Assembly (NCBI GenBank): GCA_964291395.2
Contig: OZ219858.1
Location: forward strand, 320,001 to 384,000
DNA: 64,000 nucleotides
Source of the DNA: Alphaproteobacteria bacterium
GTDB taxonomy: Bacteria > Pseudomonadota > Alphaproteobacteria > UBA2966
Direction of reading: 5' to 3'
The notes below the pieces were generated by a model, which was not told where the DNA came from, did not search any database, and was given only the letters and a program-made list of their open reading frames with translations. The translations under genes were made by a program, and so were the position numbers. This document shows, one piece after another, positions 22,361-31,823 of this stretch. The stretch's first letter is position 1, and the number at the start of each line of letters is the position of its first letter.

Positions 22361-24856
22361 ATGGCCGACGCATGTGTCGCTGACCGGACGGTGCCGCCGC
22401 TCATCGGCCTCCTGCCGCCGCAATGCCGGAGAGACGTGGACGAGCTGCGCCGCGTCATTCACGCGACGGTCTCGCGAGAGACGCCGGCCGAAGCCGTGAC
22501 ACCAACAGACTTTCGAGAGGTTTTGCTGACCGGGGCAACCGGCTTCGTCGGACGCTTCTTCCTGCGCGAGCTTCTGTGGCAGAACGAGCAGCTGATCGTG
22601 CACTGCCTGGTCCGCGCCGAGAGCGCCGAACACGGGTTCGAGCGCTTGCGCGACGCCCTGGAGCGGGCCGAAATCTGGGAGGAGGAGTGGACGTCGCGCC
22701 TGCGCGTGGTGCCCGGCGACGTCTTCCAAGAGCATTTCGGACTGAGCGAGTCAGTGTTCGACGGGCTCTGCCAGCGGATCGACGCGGTCTATCACCTGGC
22801 TGCCAACGTGGGCCTCGTCCAGTCCTATGCCGATATACGCGACGAGAACGTGCTGGGCCTTCGCTCCGTGCTCGAGCTCTGCCTGCGGACCCGACTCAAG
22901 CATCTGTTTTACGGATCCACCATGGCTGTTTTCCCCGAGTATTTTTGTGACTTTTCGCTGGAATACAGACAGAGCCGCATCGACGATCAGATGTCCCCCG
23001 ACCTCGCCGACATGAAGAAGGCCTTTCCGCTCGGCGCCATCGGGTATCCGTGGAGCAAGCTGGTGGCCGAGCAAGGCGTGTTGTTCGCGCAGGCGGCCGG
23101 TGTGCCGGTCGCGATCTTTCGCCTGCCGCAGATGGGGCTCTCCAGCACGGGGTACACGCAGGCAAACAATTTTCCGGCCCGCCTGTTCGCTGCGGCGATG
23201 CAACTGGGAAAGGCACCGGAAGGCTTTTCCATTCAACGGAATGCCGAGCCGGTCGATACCGTCAGCGAAATCTGCACGGCAATCTCACTCAACTCCGACC
23301 GCCGCTTCACCGTCTATCACTGCTGCGATCCGAATCCGCCCTACGACGATCTCGAAGTGGCGGACTTCGGCTTCTACTGGGAAGTAGTCCCCTACCAATC
23401 CTTCAGGAGGTCGTGCCAGGCTCTCGGCGACAGCTCTCCGCTGCGCGGGCAGTGGGTCCTGGTCGACCACTTCGCGCCCTATTGGTTCGGCGAGGACAAG
23501 GCGGGACACGCGCCGCCGATCAGCGATCGCGCCATCCGGGAGGATTGCCCGCACCCGATCAAGTGGCCGGCACTGCTGATCCGCCACGCGCGCTCCTACG
23601 ACTGGGTCAGGCGTCATCGGGAGAGATGGCCCTATCCGGTCCCCCAAGGCCGTCTGGACTTCGACGGACTCATCGCTCAGGCCGAGAGATACGCCGAGCG
23701 CATGGGCGTGCCCTTCGAGCCAACCTGCCCCTCGTGGATGCGCGCCGGCCTCAAGCAACTCGTGGAGGCGCTGAAATCGCCGGAGTCCGGGCTGCGGGAA
23801 ACCCGGGTCAGCCACGTCATCTATGGGTTGACCCGTGCGCTGCGCAACAATGCAAAACTCGCCCGCGAGGCGCGGCAGCACCCAGAGATCGAGCGGGAGG
23901 AGATCGAGCGGCCGGTCTTCATCGTCGGCATCAACCGTACCGGCACGACATTTCTGCATCGTCTGTTGTCGCGCGATCCCCAGTTCTGGGCACTGCGGCG
24001 CTACGAATTGACGGAGCCGGTGCTGTCCTCTGGCAAATACGCCACCGTCGCAGGCACGGCCGAGGATCCCCGCCGGGCCTACGCGGAAGAGCTACTAGGC
24101 GCGACCAATGTCGTCGATACGCTCTCCGGGCTCCACCGCACCGATATCGACGAGCCAGAGGAGGACTTGTGGATCCTCTGGCTTACGTTCTCGACCTGGA
24201 TATTCGCGACGGCGTACCACGTACCGGCCTATGGTCGTTGGCTCGCAGAAGCCGAGCCACGCAATGCCTACGCGCATCACCGGCGCGTCATGCAGCACTT
24301 CACCTGGCAGCGGCGGCAGCGGGAGCCGCAGAGCCAGCGGCACTGGCTGCTCAAGATGCCTTTTCATCTCATGGAATTGGAAGTGCTGCTGGAGACCTAT
24401 CCGGATGCCGTCTTCATCCAGACCCATCGCGAGCCCGTCGAGTTCATGGGCTCGTGGAACAGTATAGTGGAGCGGATACGAGGCTTTTCCACAGAGCCGA
24501 GGCCGCCGCACGAGGCCGGCGCCGAGCAGCTGGCCTTCATGAGCGGCATGTTGAACGGCGCGATGCGGTTTCGAGCCTCCAATCCCACGCTCGAAGAACG
24601 CTGGGTCGACGTGCGCTACGCCGATCTGGTCGATGACCCGATGGCCGTCGTGAACGACATCTACGCACGCCTCGGCTGGCCCCTTGAACCGCTCGCCGCC
24701 CACGCCATGCAGGGGTGGCTCACGCTTCAAGAGGAGCAGCGCCGGCACGAACCCCGGCACGAGTACAGGCTGGAGGACTATGGCCTCACACCGGCGGCCG
24801 TGAACGAGGCGTTCGCGCCGTATCGTGAGTACGTTGCGACCCGCGGTATCGCGTAA
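22361..24856 (+). CDS. Thioester reductase (R domain) - sulfotransferase fusion (SwfB-like)
   Basis: N-half VLLTGATGFVG, YHLAANV, GYPWSKLVAE (YxxxK); C-half PVFIVGINRTGTTFLHRLL (5'-PSB loop), WLLKMPFH, THREP..FMGS. Confidence 0.92.
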   Translation: MADACVADRTVPPLIGLLPPQCRRDVDELRRVIHATVSRETPAEAVTPTDFREVLLTGATGFVGRFFLRELLWQNEQLIVHCLVRAESAEHGFERLRDALERAEIWEEEWTSRLRVVPGDVFQEHFGLSESVFDGLCQRIDAVYHLAANVGLVQSYADIRDENVLGLRSVLELCLRTRLKHLFYGSTMAVFPEYFCDFSLEYRQSRIDDQMSPDLADMKKAFPLGAIGYPWSKLVAEQGVLFAQAAGVPVAIFRLPQMGLSSTGYTQANNFPARLFAAAMQLGKAPEGFSIQRNAEPVDTVSEICTAISLNSDRRFTVYHCCDPNPPYDDLEVADFGFYWEVVPYQSFRRSCQALGDSSPLRGQWVLVDHFAPYWFGEDKAGHAPPISDRAIREDCPHPIKWPALLIRHARSYDWVRRHRERWPYPVPQGRLDFDGLIAQAERYAERMGVPFEPTCPSWMRAGLKQLVEALKSPESGLRETRVSHVIYGLTRALRNNAKLAREARQHPEIEREEIERPVFIVGINRTGTTFLHRLLSRDPQFWALRRYELTEPVLSSGKYATVAGTAEDPRRAYAEELLGATNVVDTLSGLHRTDIDEPEEDLWILWLTFSTWIFATAYHVPAYGRWLAEAEPRNAYAHHRRVMQHFTWQRRQREPQSQRHWLLKMPFHLMELEVLLETYPDAVFIQTHREPVEFMGSWNSIVERIRGFSTEPRPPHEAGAEQLAFMSGMLNGAMRFRASNPTLEERWVDVRYADLVDDPMAVVNDIYARLGWPLEPLAAHAMQGWLTLQEEQRRHEPRHEYRLEDYGLTPAAVNEAFAPYREYVATRGIA

Positions 24857-25048
24857 CATTGCCGACGCCACGGGTATCGTATGTCTTCTTGCGGGACTGA
24901 GCGCCCGGTTCTCCGAGGCGCCTCTCGAAATTCGGATAGGCCCGTGAGGGTCCGACTCAACGCTCCGGCCGATCAACATTAGAGGTGGGAAGCGTTCATC
25001 CCATTTCCTCCTCGTTCCATAACCCAACGATGGACCAATCCACTGAAA

Positions 25049-25445
25049 GTGAATCAGTCGAGGTACTACTTTGGGGCGGCGAGTCGGGAATTCCAGCGGC
25101 GTGTGAATCTGATGCTCGGCGAGATGCCGGTGCGCGCGGTCGTGTACTCCCATTCCCACATCGATCATTTTGGCGGCGTGCACGGCGTGATCAGCGAGGC
25201 TGACGTGACCTCCGGAGACGTGCAGGTCTTTGCGCCCAAAGGCTTCATGCAAGCGGTTGCCTCGGACAACGTGTCCGCGCGAACGGCCATTTCGCGACGA
25301 GCGACAATGCAGTACGGGCGGGCAGCCAATATGCTTGCGGATGTATTCGAACAACTCGGCTACCAATACGAAAGCGCGAGCTTGCGTAACGTGTTCCTGA
25401 CCGCGGCGCAGGAATTGCGCAATTGCAATGAGTTAAGAGAGAGCA
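25049..25445 (+). pseudogene. Alkyl sulfatase (SdsA1/YjcS-type MBL fold) remnant, internally deleted
   Basis: VRAVVYSHSHIDHFGGVHG (HxHxDH)...RRATMQYG fused directly to dimerisation-domain segment LADVFEQLGYQYESASLRNVFLTAAQELRN. Confidence 0.82.
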
Positions 25446-25468
25446 CGAATCCCACCTCTTCCGCCATT
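25446..25468 (+). repeat. attR-like copy of the tRNA-Ser 3' end
   Basis: 21/23 match to 6414-6436 including the TCCGCCA end. Confidence 0.8.
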
Positions 25469-25591
25469 TCGCTTCGTGCGAAGCTTTACGCACGGCGGCC
25501 TCCGATGCCCTAGCGAAGGACTCTCCCTTGACCGCCAACGCCGGATCGGCAATCTAATGGAGACTCCGTCTGAACTTCGGATCGATCTGAC

Positions 25592-28500
25592 GTGACCGAT
25601 ACGGCTCGAGAATGGGGTAGCGGTGATACCCCCCTGCCGATCGCGGCGAATGAGGACAATCTGACGCTGCACTGGGCGCGATGGCGCGAGACGGCACGGG
25701 ACAGTTCCGACGAAACCATCCGTGTCTTCGCCGAGAACGTCGAAAGGGACCCCACCGCCAGTACCCTGCTCGCTTCAGTATTCGGGAACAGCCCCTATCT
25801 CAGCCGCTCGCTGATCGCCGATCAGACCTTTGCCCGGGTGTTGATCGAAGACGGTGCCGACGCGGCCTATGCCATGGCACTCGAAGCAGCGGACGACGGC
25901 ACCGACGACGACGGCGAGTCCATGGAAACGGCGATGAAGCGTCTGCGTGTCGCCAAGCGCCGTGCCGCGCTGGCCATCGGAGTTGCCGACATCGCTGCCG
26001 TCTGGCCGCTCGAAAAGGTCACCGCCGCGCTCTCGAATTTCGCTGAAGTGGCGCTTCGGGCGGCTTGCCGCCACCTGCTCGCCGGACAGCACCGGGCGGG
26101 CTACCTGGAGTTGACCGATCTTCGAGCGCCCGAGCGGGGCTCCGGGCTGCTGGTGCTCGGCATGGGCAAGCTCGGCGCGAGAGAGTTGAACTATTCCAGC
26201 GATATCGATCTGATCGTGTTCTACGATCAGGACTCGGTGCCTCATACCGGCAAGGGCGGTTTGCAGCAGATCTTCGTCCGGCTGGCCCGTGACCTCGTCA
26301 AGATGATCGGCGAGCAGACCAGAGACGGCTATGTGTTCCGGACCGATCTCAGGCTGCGTCCCGATCCCGGCTCCACGCCGCTGGCGCTTTCCGTGCAGGC
26401 GGCCGAGAACTACTACCGGCGCGCCGGGCGCAACTGGGAGCGTGCGGCCATGATCAAGGCACGCGCCGTCGCCGGCGATATCGAGAGGGGAGAGGCGTTT
26501 CTAGCCTCGCTCGCGCCCTTCATCTGGCGGCGCCACTTGGACTTCGCGGCGGGCCAGGACATCCAGGCGGTCAAGCGGCAGATCGACGCGTCTCGCCGAG
26601 CCGACCGGACGGCCGTCGCGGGCCACAACGTCAAGCTCGGACGCGGCGGCATCCGCGAGATCGAGTTCTTCGCGCAAGCCCAGCAGTTGATCTGGGGCGG
26701 CCGGACTCCGGCGTTGCGGGTGTTCGGCACCTTGAACGCACTCGACGCGCTGGTCGCCGCTGGGCGCGTGGCACCCCGAGCGGCTAGGGAGCTGCGATCG
26801 GCGTACGAGTTTCTCCGGCAGCTCGAGCACCGGTTGCAGATGGTGAACGACGAGCAGACCCACAGCCTGCCGGAAAGCGAGGAGGGAGTGGCAGCGATCG
26901 CTGTCTTCATGGGCTTCGATTCGGTCGACGCCTTCTCGGAAGAGTTGCTCGGCCATCTGCGCATCGTCGAGGGTTGGTTCGGGACGCTGTTCGAAGATAA
27001 GCTCGACGCCGCGTCGGAGCAGGGACTGGTTTTCTCCGACGAGGAAGACGTCCCGGAAACGCTCGAAGCTCTGGCCAGGATGGGCTTTGGGGAGCCGCGA
27101 CGGGTAACGGCGATGGTTCGAGCCTGGCTCGGCGACCGCTATCCGGCGATGCGGAGCGAGCGGGCGCGTCAACTCCTGGACGAGCTCGTGCCGACCGTGC
27201 TCCAGGCTTTCGCCGACTCGCCTCGTCCCGACCCCGCTCTGTCACGTTTCGACGCGTTTCTCGCCCGCCAACCCGACGGTGTCCGGCTGTTTTCCTTGTT
27301 GACCGCGCATCCCGAAATATTCGGCTTGATCGCCGAGATCATGGGCGCGGCCCCTCGGCTCGCCGCCTGGTTGACCAGTCATCCGGGTTTGCTCGACAGC
27401 GTTCTCAGCCGCGACTTCTCCGATCTCGACCTGCCGGATGACGCGGCGATGGACGAGGAAACGGTGGAAGCCGCGCGCCGGGGGTTGATCCGCCTGTTCT
27501 ATTCCCGGGAATTCACCGCCGCAGAGATGGTCACCGAACTCGACGCCGCGGTCCAGCAAGCCGCGGACTTGCAGGACCTTCTGGACGTGGTGCGGCGCTG
27601 GGCCAACGACCGGGTGTTTCAGATCGGCGTGCACATGCTGCGCGGCCTGCTGCCGCCGGTCGACGCGGGGCGGTCGCTCTCGGATATCGCCGATGTCTGC
27701 ATCGGTGCCCTGATGCCGGTGATCGAGAGGGAATTCGCCGCCGATCACGGTCGCGTTCCGGGCGGCGAGGTGGCGGTGGTAGCGTTCGGCAAGCTCGGCA
27801 GTCGCGAAATGACGGTGGGTTCGGATCTCGACCTGCTGTTCCTCTACGATTACGATTCCGACGCCACCCGATCCGACGGCAGAAAGGCGCTGCAGCCGAG
27901 CGACTACTACGCCCGATTGTGCCGCCGCTTGATCGGCGCCGTCGCGGCCCCGACCAGCGAGGGCAAGCTGTACGACGTGGACATGCGCCTGCGCCCGTCG
28001 GGAAATGCGGGCCCGATCGCCTGTTCCAGGGAAGCTTTCGTGAACTACCAGCGCGCCGATGCCTGGACCTGGGAACATCAGGCGCTGACCCGGGCGCGCG
28101 TGATCTATGCGGAAGGCGGGCTCGGCTCGTTGTTCGACGAGGTGAAGCACTCCGTGCTGACGCTACCGCGGGAGGGCGAACAACTCGCTGCCGATATCGT
28201 CGGCATGCGCGAACGGATACGGGACGAACATGGAAGCGACGACGCCTGGTCGATCAAGCATCGGCGCGGCGGTCTCTTGGATGTCGAGTTCATCGCCCAG
28301 TTCCTGCAATTGTCGGTGGCGGCGCGGCGGCCGGAGATCTTGGCCGGAGATGCGATTTCCGTCTTCGAGATCGCGGGTACCCATGGCGTGATCGATGCCG
28401 ATACCGCCCGGGAACTGGCGGACGCGACGCGGCTGTGGCGGAATCTACAGGGCATCCTGCGCCTGACCGTCGAGGGCGAAATCATCGGAGAGGAAGCGAT

Positions 28501-28627
28501 GATCTCCGTCAAAAGTATCATCGGACAGGCTGGCGGTAAGCTGGTCTTCGATGCGCTGGTCGAGTCGATGGAAGAGACCGCGGCCCGCGTGGCACGGCAT
28601 TTCGACACGCTGCTGGCCGCGGGATGA
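25592..28627 (+). CDS. glnE: Bifunctional glutamine synthetase adenylyltransferase/deadenylylase
   Basis: Two NT domains: GMGKLGARELNYSSDIDLI...RTDLRLRPDP and FGKLGSREMTVGSDLDL...DMRLRPSG; KLGRGGIREIEF. Confidence 0.96.
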   Translation: MTDTAREWGSGDTPLPIAANEDNLTLHWARWRETARDSSDETIRVFAENVERDPTASTLLASVFGNSPYLSRSLIADQTFARVLIEDGADAAYAMALEAADDGTDDDGESMETAMKRLRVAKRRAALAIGVADIAAVWPLEKVTAALSNFAEVALRAACRHLLAGQHRAGYLELTDLRAPERGSGLLVLGMGKLGARELNYSSDIDLIVFYDQDSVPHTGKGGLQQIFVRLARDLVKMIGEQTRDGYVFRTDLRLRPDPGSTPLALSVQAAENYYRRAGRNWERAAMIKARAVAGDIERGEAFLASLAPFIWRRHLDFAAGQDIQAVKRQIDASRRADRTAVAGHNVKLGRGGIREIEFFAQAQQLIWGGRTPALRVFGTLNALDALVAAGRVAPRAARELRSAYEFLRQLEHRLQMVNDEQTHSLPESEEGVAAIAVFMGFDSVDAFSEELLGHLRIVEGWFGTLFEDKLDAASEQGLVFSDEEDVPETLEALARMGFGEPRRVTAMVRAWLGDRYPAMRSERARQLLDELVPTVLQAFADSPRPDPALSRFDAFLARQPDGVRLFSLLTAHPEIFGLIAEIMGAAPRLAAWLTSHPGLLDSVLSRDFSDLDLPDDAAMDEETVEAARRGLIRLFYSREFTAAEMVTELDAAVQQAADLQDLLDVVRRWANDRVFQIGVHMLRGLLPPVDAGRSLSDIADVCIGALMPVIEREFAADHGRVPGGEVAVVAFGKLGSREMTVGSDLDLLFLYDYDSDATRSDGRKALQPSDYYARLCRRLIGAVAAPTSEGKLYDVDMRLRPSGNAGPIACSREAFVNYQRADAWTWEHQALTRARVIYAEGGLGSLFDEVKHSVLTLPREGEQLAADIVGMRERIRDEHGSDDAWSIKHRRGGLLDVEFIAQFLQLSVAARRPEILAGDAISVFEIAGTHGVIDADTARELADATRLWRNLQGILRLTVEGEIIGEEAMISVKSIIGQAGGKLVFDALVESMEETAARVARHFDTLLAAG

Positions 28628-28729
28628 CCTCATCGTCGGACCACCCGCCCGGTCTCGCCATCCATGGCGAACGGGGGTGTGACCTCCGATCCAGTTTGGG
28701 GGACGCGAAGTCGCAGAACAGAAAAGGAA

Positions 28730-29074
28730 ATGGCGATGGAGGTGAGAACCGAGCGACGAAATGCAACCTTGGTCGCCGAGGTTGAGGGCCGTATCGACGG
28801 TATCGCCGCCCGCGAGCTCGAGGATGCGATGAAATCTGCGATCAGCGATGAGGACGCCGCTGTGATCGTCGACCTTGAGAGCGTCTCCTATATCAGCAGT
28901 GCGGGCCTCAGAGCGATTCTGCTGGTCGCCAAGGACCTCTGGAAACGTGACGCGAAAGTCTCCTTGTGCTCGCTCAGGAAGCCAATTCGCGAAGTTTTTG
29001 ACATCGCCGGCTTCCACAAGATCATCAAGATCCACGATACCAAGGCGGAAGCACTGACCGAGACCGGTGACTAA
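28730..29074 (+). CDS. STAS-domain anti-sigma factor antagonist
   Basis: EGRIDG, IVDLESVSYISSAGLRAIL (phospho-Ser motif), REVFDIAGF. Confidence 0.9.
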   Translation: MAMEVRTERRNATLVAEVEGRIDGIAARELEDAMKSAISDEDAAVIVDLESVSYISSAGLRAILLVAKDLWKRDAKVSLCSLRKPIREVFDIAGFHKIIKIHDTKAEALTETGD

Positions 29075-29364
29075 GCCGGACGGTGTTTGAGCTCGACCTC
29101 GACAAACCGAAGCTCGCCCCCGGGGCCGTTGATCACGTCGTGCTCGACTCCCGCCTCCCGGAAATAGGAGACGCCGGCGATCATCTCGAACGGCGTACGC
29201 TTGCCCTCTCCATCCTCGATCTCCACCACGCCGCCGATCACCGGGGTGATGACGTAGTCGAAGCCGTGCCGATGCCAACCGGTCGCGGCGCCCGGCTCGA
29301 ACGCCCATTCGGTCACCCGGACATGTTCGTTATCGATATGAATCGTGGAAACGGCTTTGTTCAT
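29071..29364 (-). CDS. Small cupin-domain protein
   Basis: DNEHVRVTEWAFEPGAATGWHRHGFDYV...AGVEHDVIN. Confidence 0.85.
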   Translation of the reverse strand: MNKAVSTIHIDNEHVRVTEWAFEPGAATGWHRHGFDYVITPVIGGVVEIEDGEGKRTPFEMIAGVSYFREAGVEHDVINGPGGELRFVEVELKHRPA

Positions 29365-29476
29365 GGCGTTGGATTTCCGTAGACAGGACGTCATCAAACG
29401 GTGGACTGGCGCTGGCCCCGTTCCGTGTTGTCGTGAATAGTGGGACCATAGGACAGAACGGGTGGGAGGGAAATCG

Positions 29477-30367
29477 ATGACCGAATACCGCTATCCCGAC
29501 GCGATCGTCTCGACGGATTGGCTCGCCGACCGTCTCGATGATCCCGAGCTCCGTATCTACGAGAGTACGGTGTTTCTGCACCACGTGGAGGAAGGGCCCG
29601 ACGCACCATATCGCGTGGAGAGCGGCCGTGCCCGATACGAGGCGGCACATATCCCCGGCGCGGGGTTTCTCGACATCGCGAATGATCTTTCCGATCCCGA
29701 CGCGCCCACGCATTTCATGATGCCCTCGGCCACCCGGTTCGCCGAGGTCGTCGGGCGCGCCGGCCTCGGCGACGGCGCCCGAGTCATCGTCTACAGCCGC
29801 GGCAACAAGCAGTGGTCCACACGCCTGTGGTGGATGCTCCGGGCCATGGGGTTCGATAACGCCGCGGTGTTGAACGGAGGCTGGGAAAAATGGACCGCCG
29901 AGGGCCGGCCGACATCCGGCGTACCCCCCGCCTATCCGCCCGCCACCTTCACGCCGCACCCCCGGCCCGAGCTCTTTGTCGGCAAGGAGGCCGTGGCCGC
30001 CGCCATGGACGATCCGGGTATCTGTACGATCAACGCGCTCCTGCCGGAGCTTCACCGGGGCGAGAGCAAACGTTATGGCCGGCCCGGTCATATTCCGGGC
30101 AGCGTCAACCTCCCCTGCGGCACGCTGCTCGATCCCGAGACCAATGTGTTCCTGCCTCCCGATGCGGTGCAGGCCCGTCTCGACGCGGTCGGCGCAACGC
30201 CCGGCAAGAGGCCCATCGTCTATTGCGGGGGTGGCATAGCCGCGACCCTCGACGCCTTTCTCATGCACCAGCTCGGCTACGAGGACATCTCGGTTTACGA
30301 CGCCTCGATGAGCGAGTGGGCCAAGGACGAATCTCTGCCGATCGAGGCCGATCGACGGAAGGCCTGA
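29477..30367 (+). CDS. Tandem-domain rhodanese / 3-mercaptopyruvate sulfurtransferase-like
   Basis: VSTDWLA, HIPGA, RLWWMLR, GHIPGS, active-site YCGGGIAA, YDASMSEW. Confidence 0.9.
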   Translation: MTEYRYPDAIVSTDWLADRLDDPELRIYESTVFLHHVEEGPDAPYRVESGRARYEAAHIPGAGFLDIANDLSDPDAPTHFMMPSATRFAEVVGRAGLGDGARVIVYSRGNKQWSTRLWWMLRAMGFDNAAVLNGGWEKWTAEGRPTSGVPPAYPPATFTPHPRPELFVGKEAVAAAMDDPGICTINALLPELHRGESKRYGRPGHIPGSVNLPCGTLLDPETNVFLPPDAVQARLDAVGATPGKRPIVYCGGGIAATLDAFLMHQLGYEDISVYDASMSEWAKDESLPIEADRRKA

Positions 30368-30413
30368 CGGGATTTCCGTACGTCCCGTCAGGGTCGACCG
30401 CGCGATAGCCTCG

Positions 30414-31403
30414 TCAGACCTCCTTCTCCACCAGCGGCAGCACCTCGTTCGCAATGATGTCGAGCTGCTCTTCCTTCCAGGTGACCGGATTGAGCGCGAT
30501 CCACTCGCAGCCGCCCAGCGCCCTCACGCGTCCGGCGATCTTCTCCGCCACCTGCTCCACCTCCCCGCACAGGTAATATTCCTGCCAGTAGGGCAGATCC
30601 ATGCCCGAATAGACGGAAAAGTGCTCGACCGCGTTCTCGGGATTCTCACCGGGTTTCAATACGTAGATCCAGTTGTTGTAGACCGTGGACATGTCACCCG
30701 GATCTCGCCCGAAATCGCCCATGAAGGCTTGGATCTTCTCCCAGTCGTGGTTGATCATGTCGAGGCTGGCCGGCGCGTGCGGCACCCACGTCTCGGCATA
30801 CTTGGCGATCCGTTTCAGCACGGGCTCGATATTGGTGACCTTCTGACCGTACTTCTTTTCGAAGGTCATGCTGCCGCCGCCCATCCAGATGGGCGGATGA
30901 GGTTGCTGCGCCGGCTTCGGGTCGATGGTGAGGTCCTTCACCTGATAGTACTTGCCCTCGTACGTGACGTTGTCCTCCGTCCACAGCGCCGTGAGCAGTT
31001 CCAGCATCTCGTTCATGCGCCGCCCTCGCTCGTTATGGGGCACGCCCATGAGCTCGAACTCCTTTTCGTGCCAACCGACGCCGATTCCGAGGATCGAGCG
31101 TCCGCCCGACAACAGGTCCAAGGTGGCCCATTCCTTGGCGAAATAGGCGGGATTCCGGATCGGCAGGACGAGCACGAGCGTGCCGAGCCGGATGGTACGG
31201 GTCACACCCGACAACGCCGAGAGCATCGACAGGGGTTCCAGCCAAGTGCAGGCGTAGGCGGGCGGCGTGAGCAGCAGATGGTCGATACTGAAGGCCGCCT
31301 CGAAACCGAGGTCTTCCGCCTTACGAAGATAGGCGCCCATTTCCTGAAGCGTGGCCGTCTCGGGTCCGAGCGCGTAGCTGGGAATTCTCAGTCCGTATCT
31401 CAT
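30414..31403 (-). CDS. LLM-class (luciferase-like, possibly F420-dependent) oxidoreductase
   Basis: AEDLGFEAAFSIDH, IRLGTLVLVLPIRNP, TLDLLSGGR, KPAQQPHPPIWMGG. Confidence 0.9.
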   Translation of the reverse strand: MRYGLRIPSYALGPETATLQEMGAYLRKAEDLGFEAAFSIDHLLLTPPAYACTWLEPLSMLSALSGVTRTIRLGTLVLVLPIRNPAYFAKEWATLDLLSGGRSILGIGVGWHEKEFELMGVPHNERGRRMNEMLELLTALWTEDNVTYEGKYYQVKDLTIDPKPAQQPHPPIWMGGGSMTFEKKYGQKVTNIEPVLKRIAKYAETWVPHAPASLDMINHDWEKIQAFMGDFGRDPGDMSTVYNNWIYVLKPGENPENAVEHFSVYSGMDLPYWQEYYLCGEVEQVAEKIAGRVRALGGCEWIALNPVTWKEEQLDIIANEVLPLVEKEV

Positions 31404-31514
31404 CCGCCTCGATCCTCCCTGAACTGTCTTGCGGCCTTGAACACGCAGCACCGTGCCGGCTCGGGATCTACTTTCTCATACCGGTGACGAGCAGGCCAAG
31501 GGCGGGGCTCGCGA

Positions 31515-31814
31515 TGTGCCGGTAACACACGATATGTCCGGTCCATGTACCAGATGATCCGTCCGGTTTTGAAAGGCCTCCAAGCCACGGAGGGTTCGGA
31601 GGCGTCGGACGGCGCCGGCACCCCGCCCAACCCGGCGGACGAAGCGGGACAACCCGAGACTAGGCGAGACTAGGCGAGACGAGACCGCGGCGCGGCTGTT
31701 GAGCCAAGCCGAGGCGGCGGAGATACCAGGGGTCTCGGAGCGCACCTTCCGGCGCCGGCGCGCGCTGTCTTCCGGACCACAACACAAGCGGTCAACTCAT
31801 AGGGTACATAAACA
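31515..31814 (+). mobile_element. Internally deleted IS1202/ISNCY-type mini element
   Basis: Starts TGT with repeated GTCCGG sites; encodes LLSQAEAAEIPGVSERTFRRRR (transposase HTH start); ends AAGCGGTCAACTCATAGGGTACATAAACA; preceded by GGGCGGGGCTCGCGA, whose copy follows the element split by the second IS. Confidence 0.65.
31653..31685. repeat. 10-bp tandem repeat NNCGAGACTA, same unit as 6726-6760
   Basis: CCCGAGACTA GGCGAGACTA GGCGAGAC GAGAC. Confidence 0.85.
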
Positions 31815-31823
31815 GGGCGGGGC

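Larger units (their letters stand above)
6414..25468. mobile_element. Genomic island (~19 kb) integrated at tRNA-Ser(CGA)
   Basis: Direct repeat CGAATCCCACCCCCTCCGCCATT (6414-6436) vs CGAATCCCACCTCTTCCGCCATT (25446-25468), 21/23 identical; integrase remnants next to the tRNA; core genes resume with glnE. Confidence 0.8.

Noticed and set aside
28730-29074. Orphan STAS protein as a GlnE regulator
   Set aside because: Adjacency only; no kinase or phosphatase partner or other support in the window
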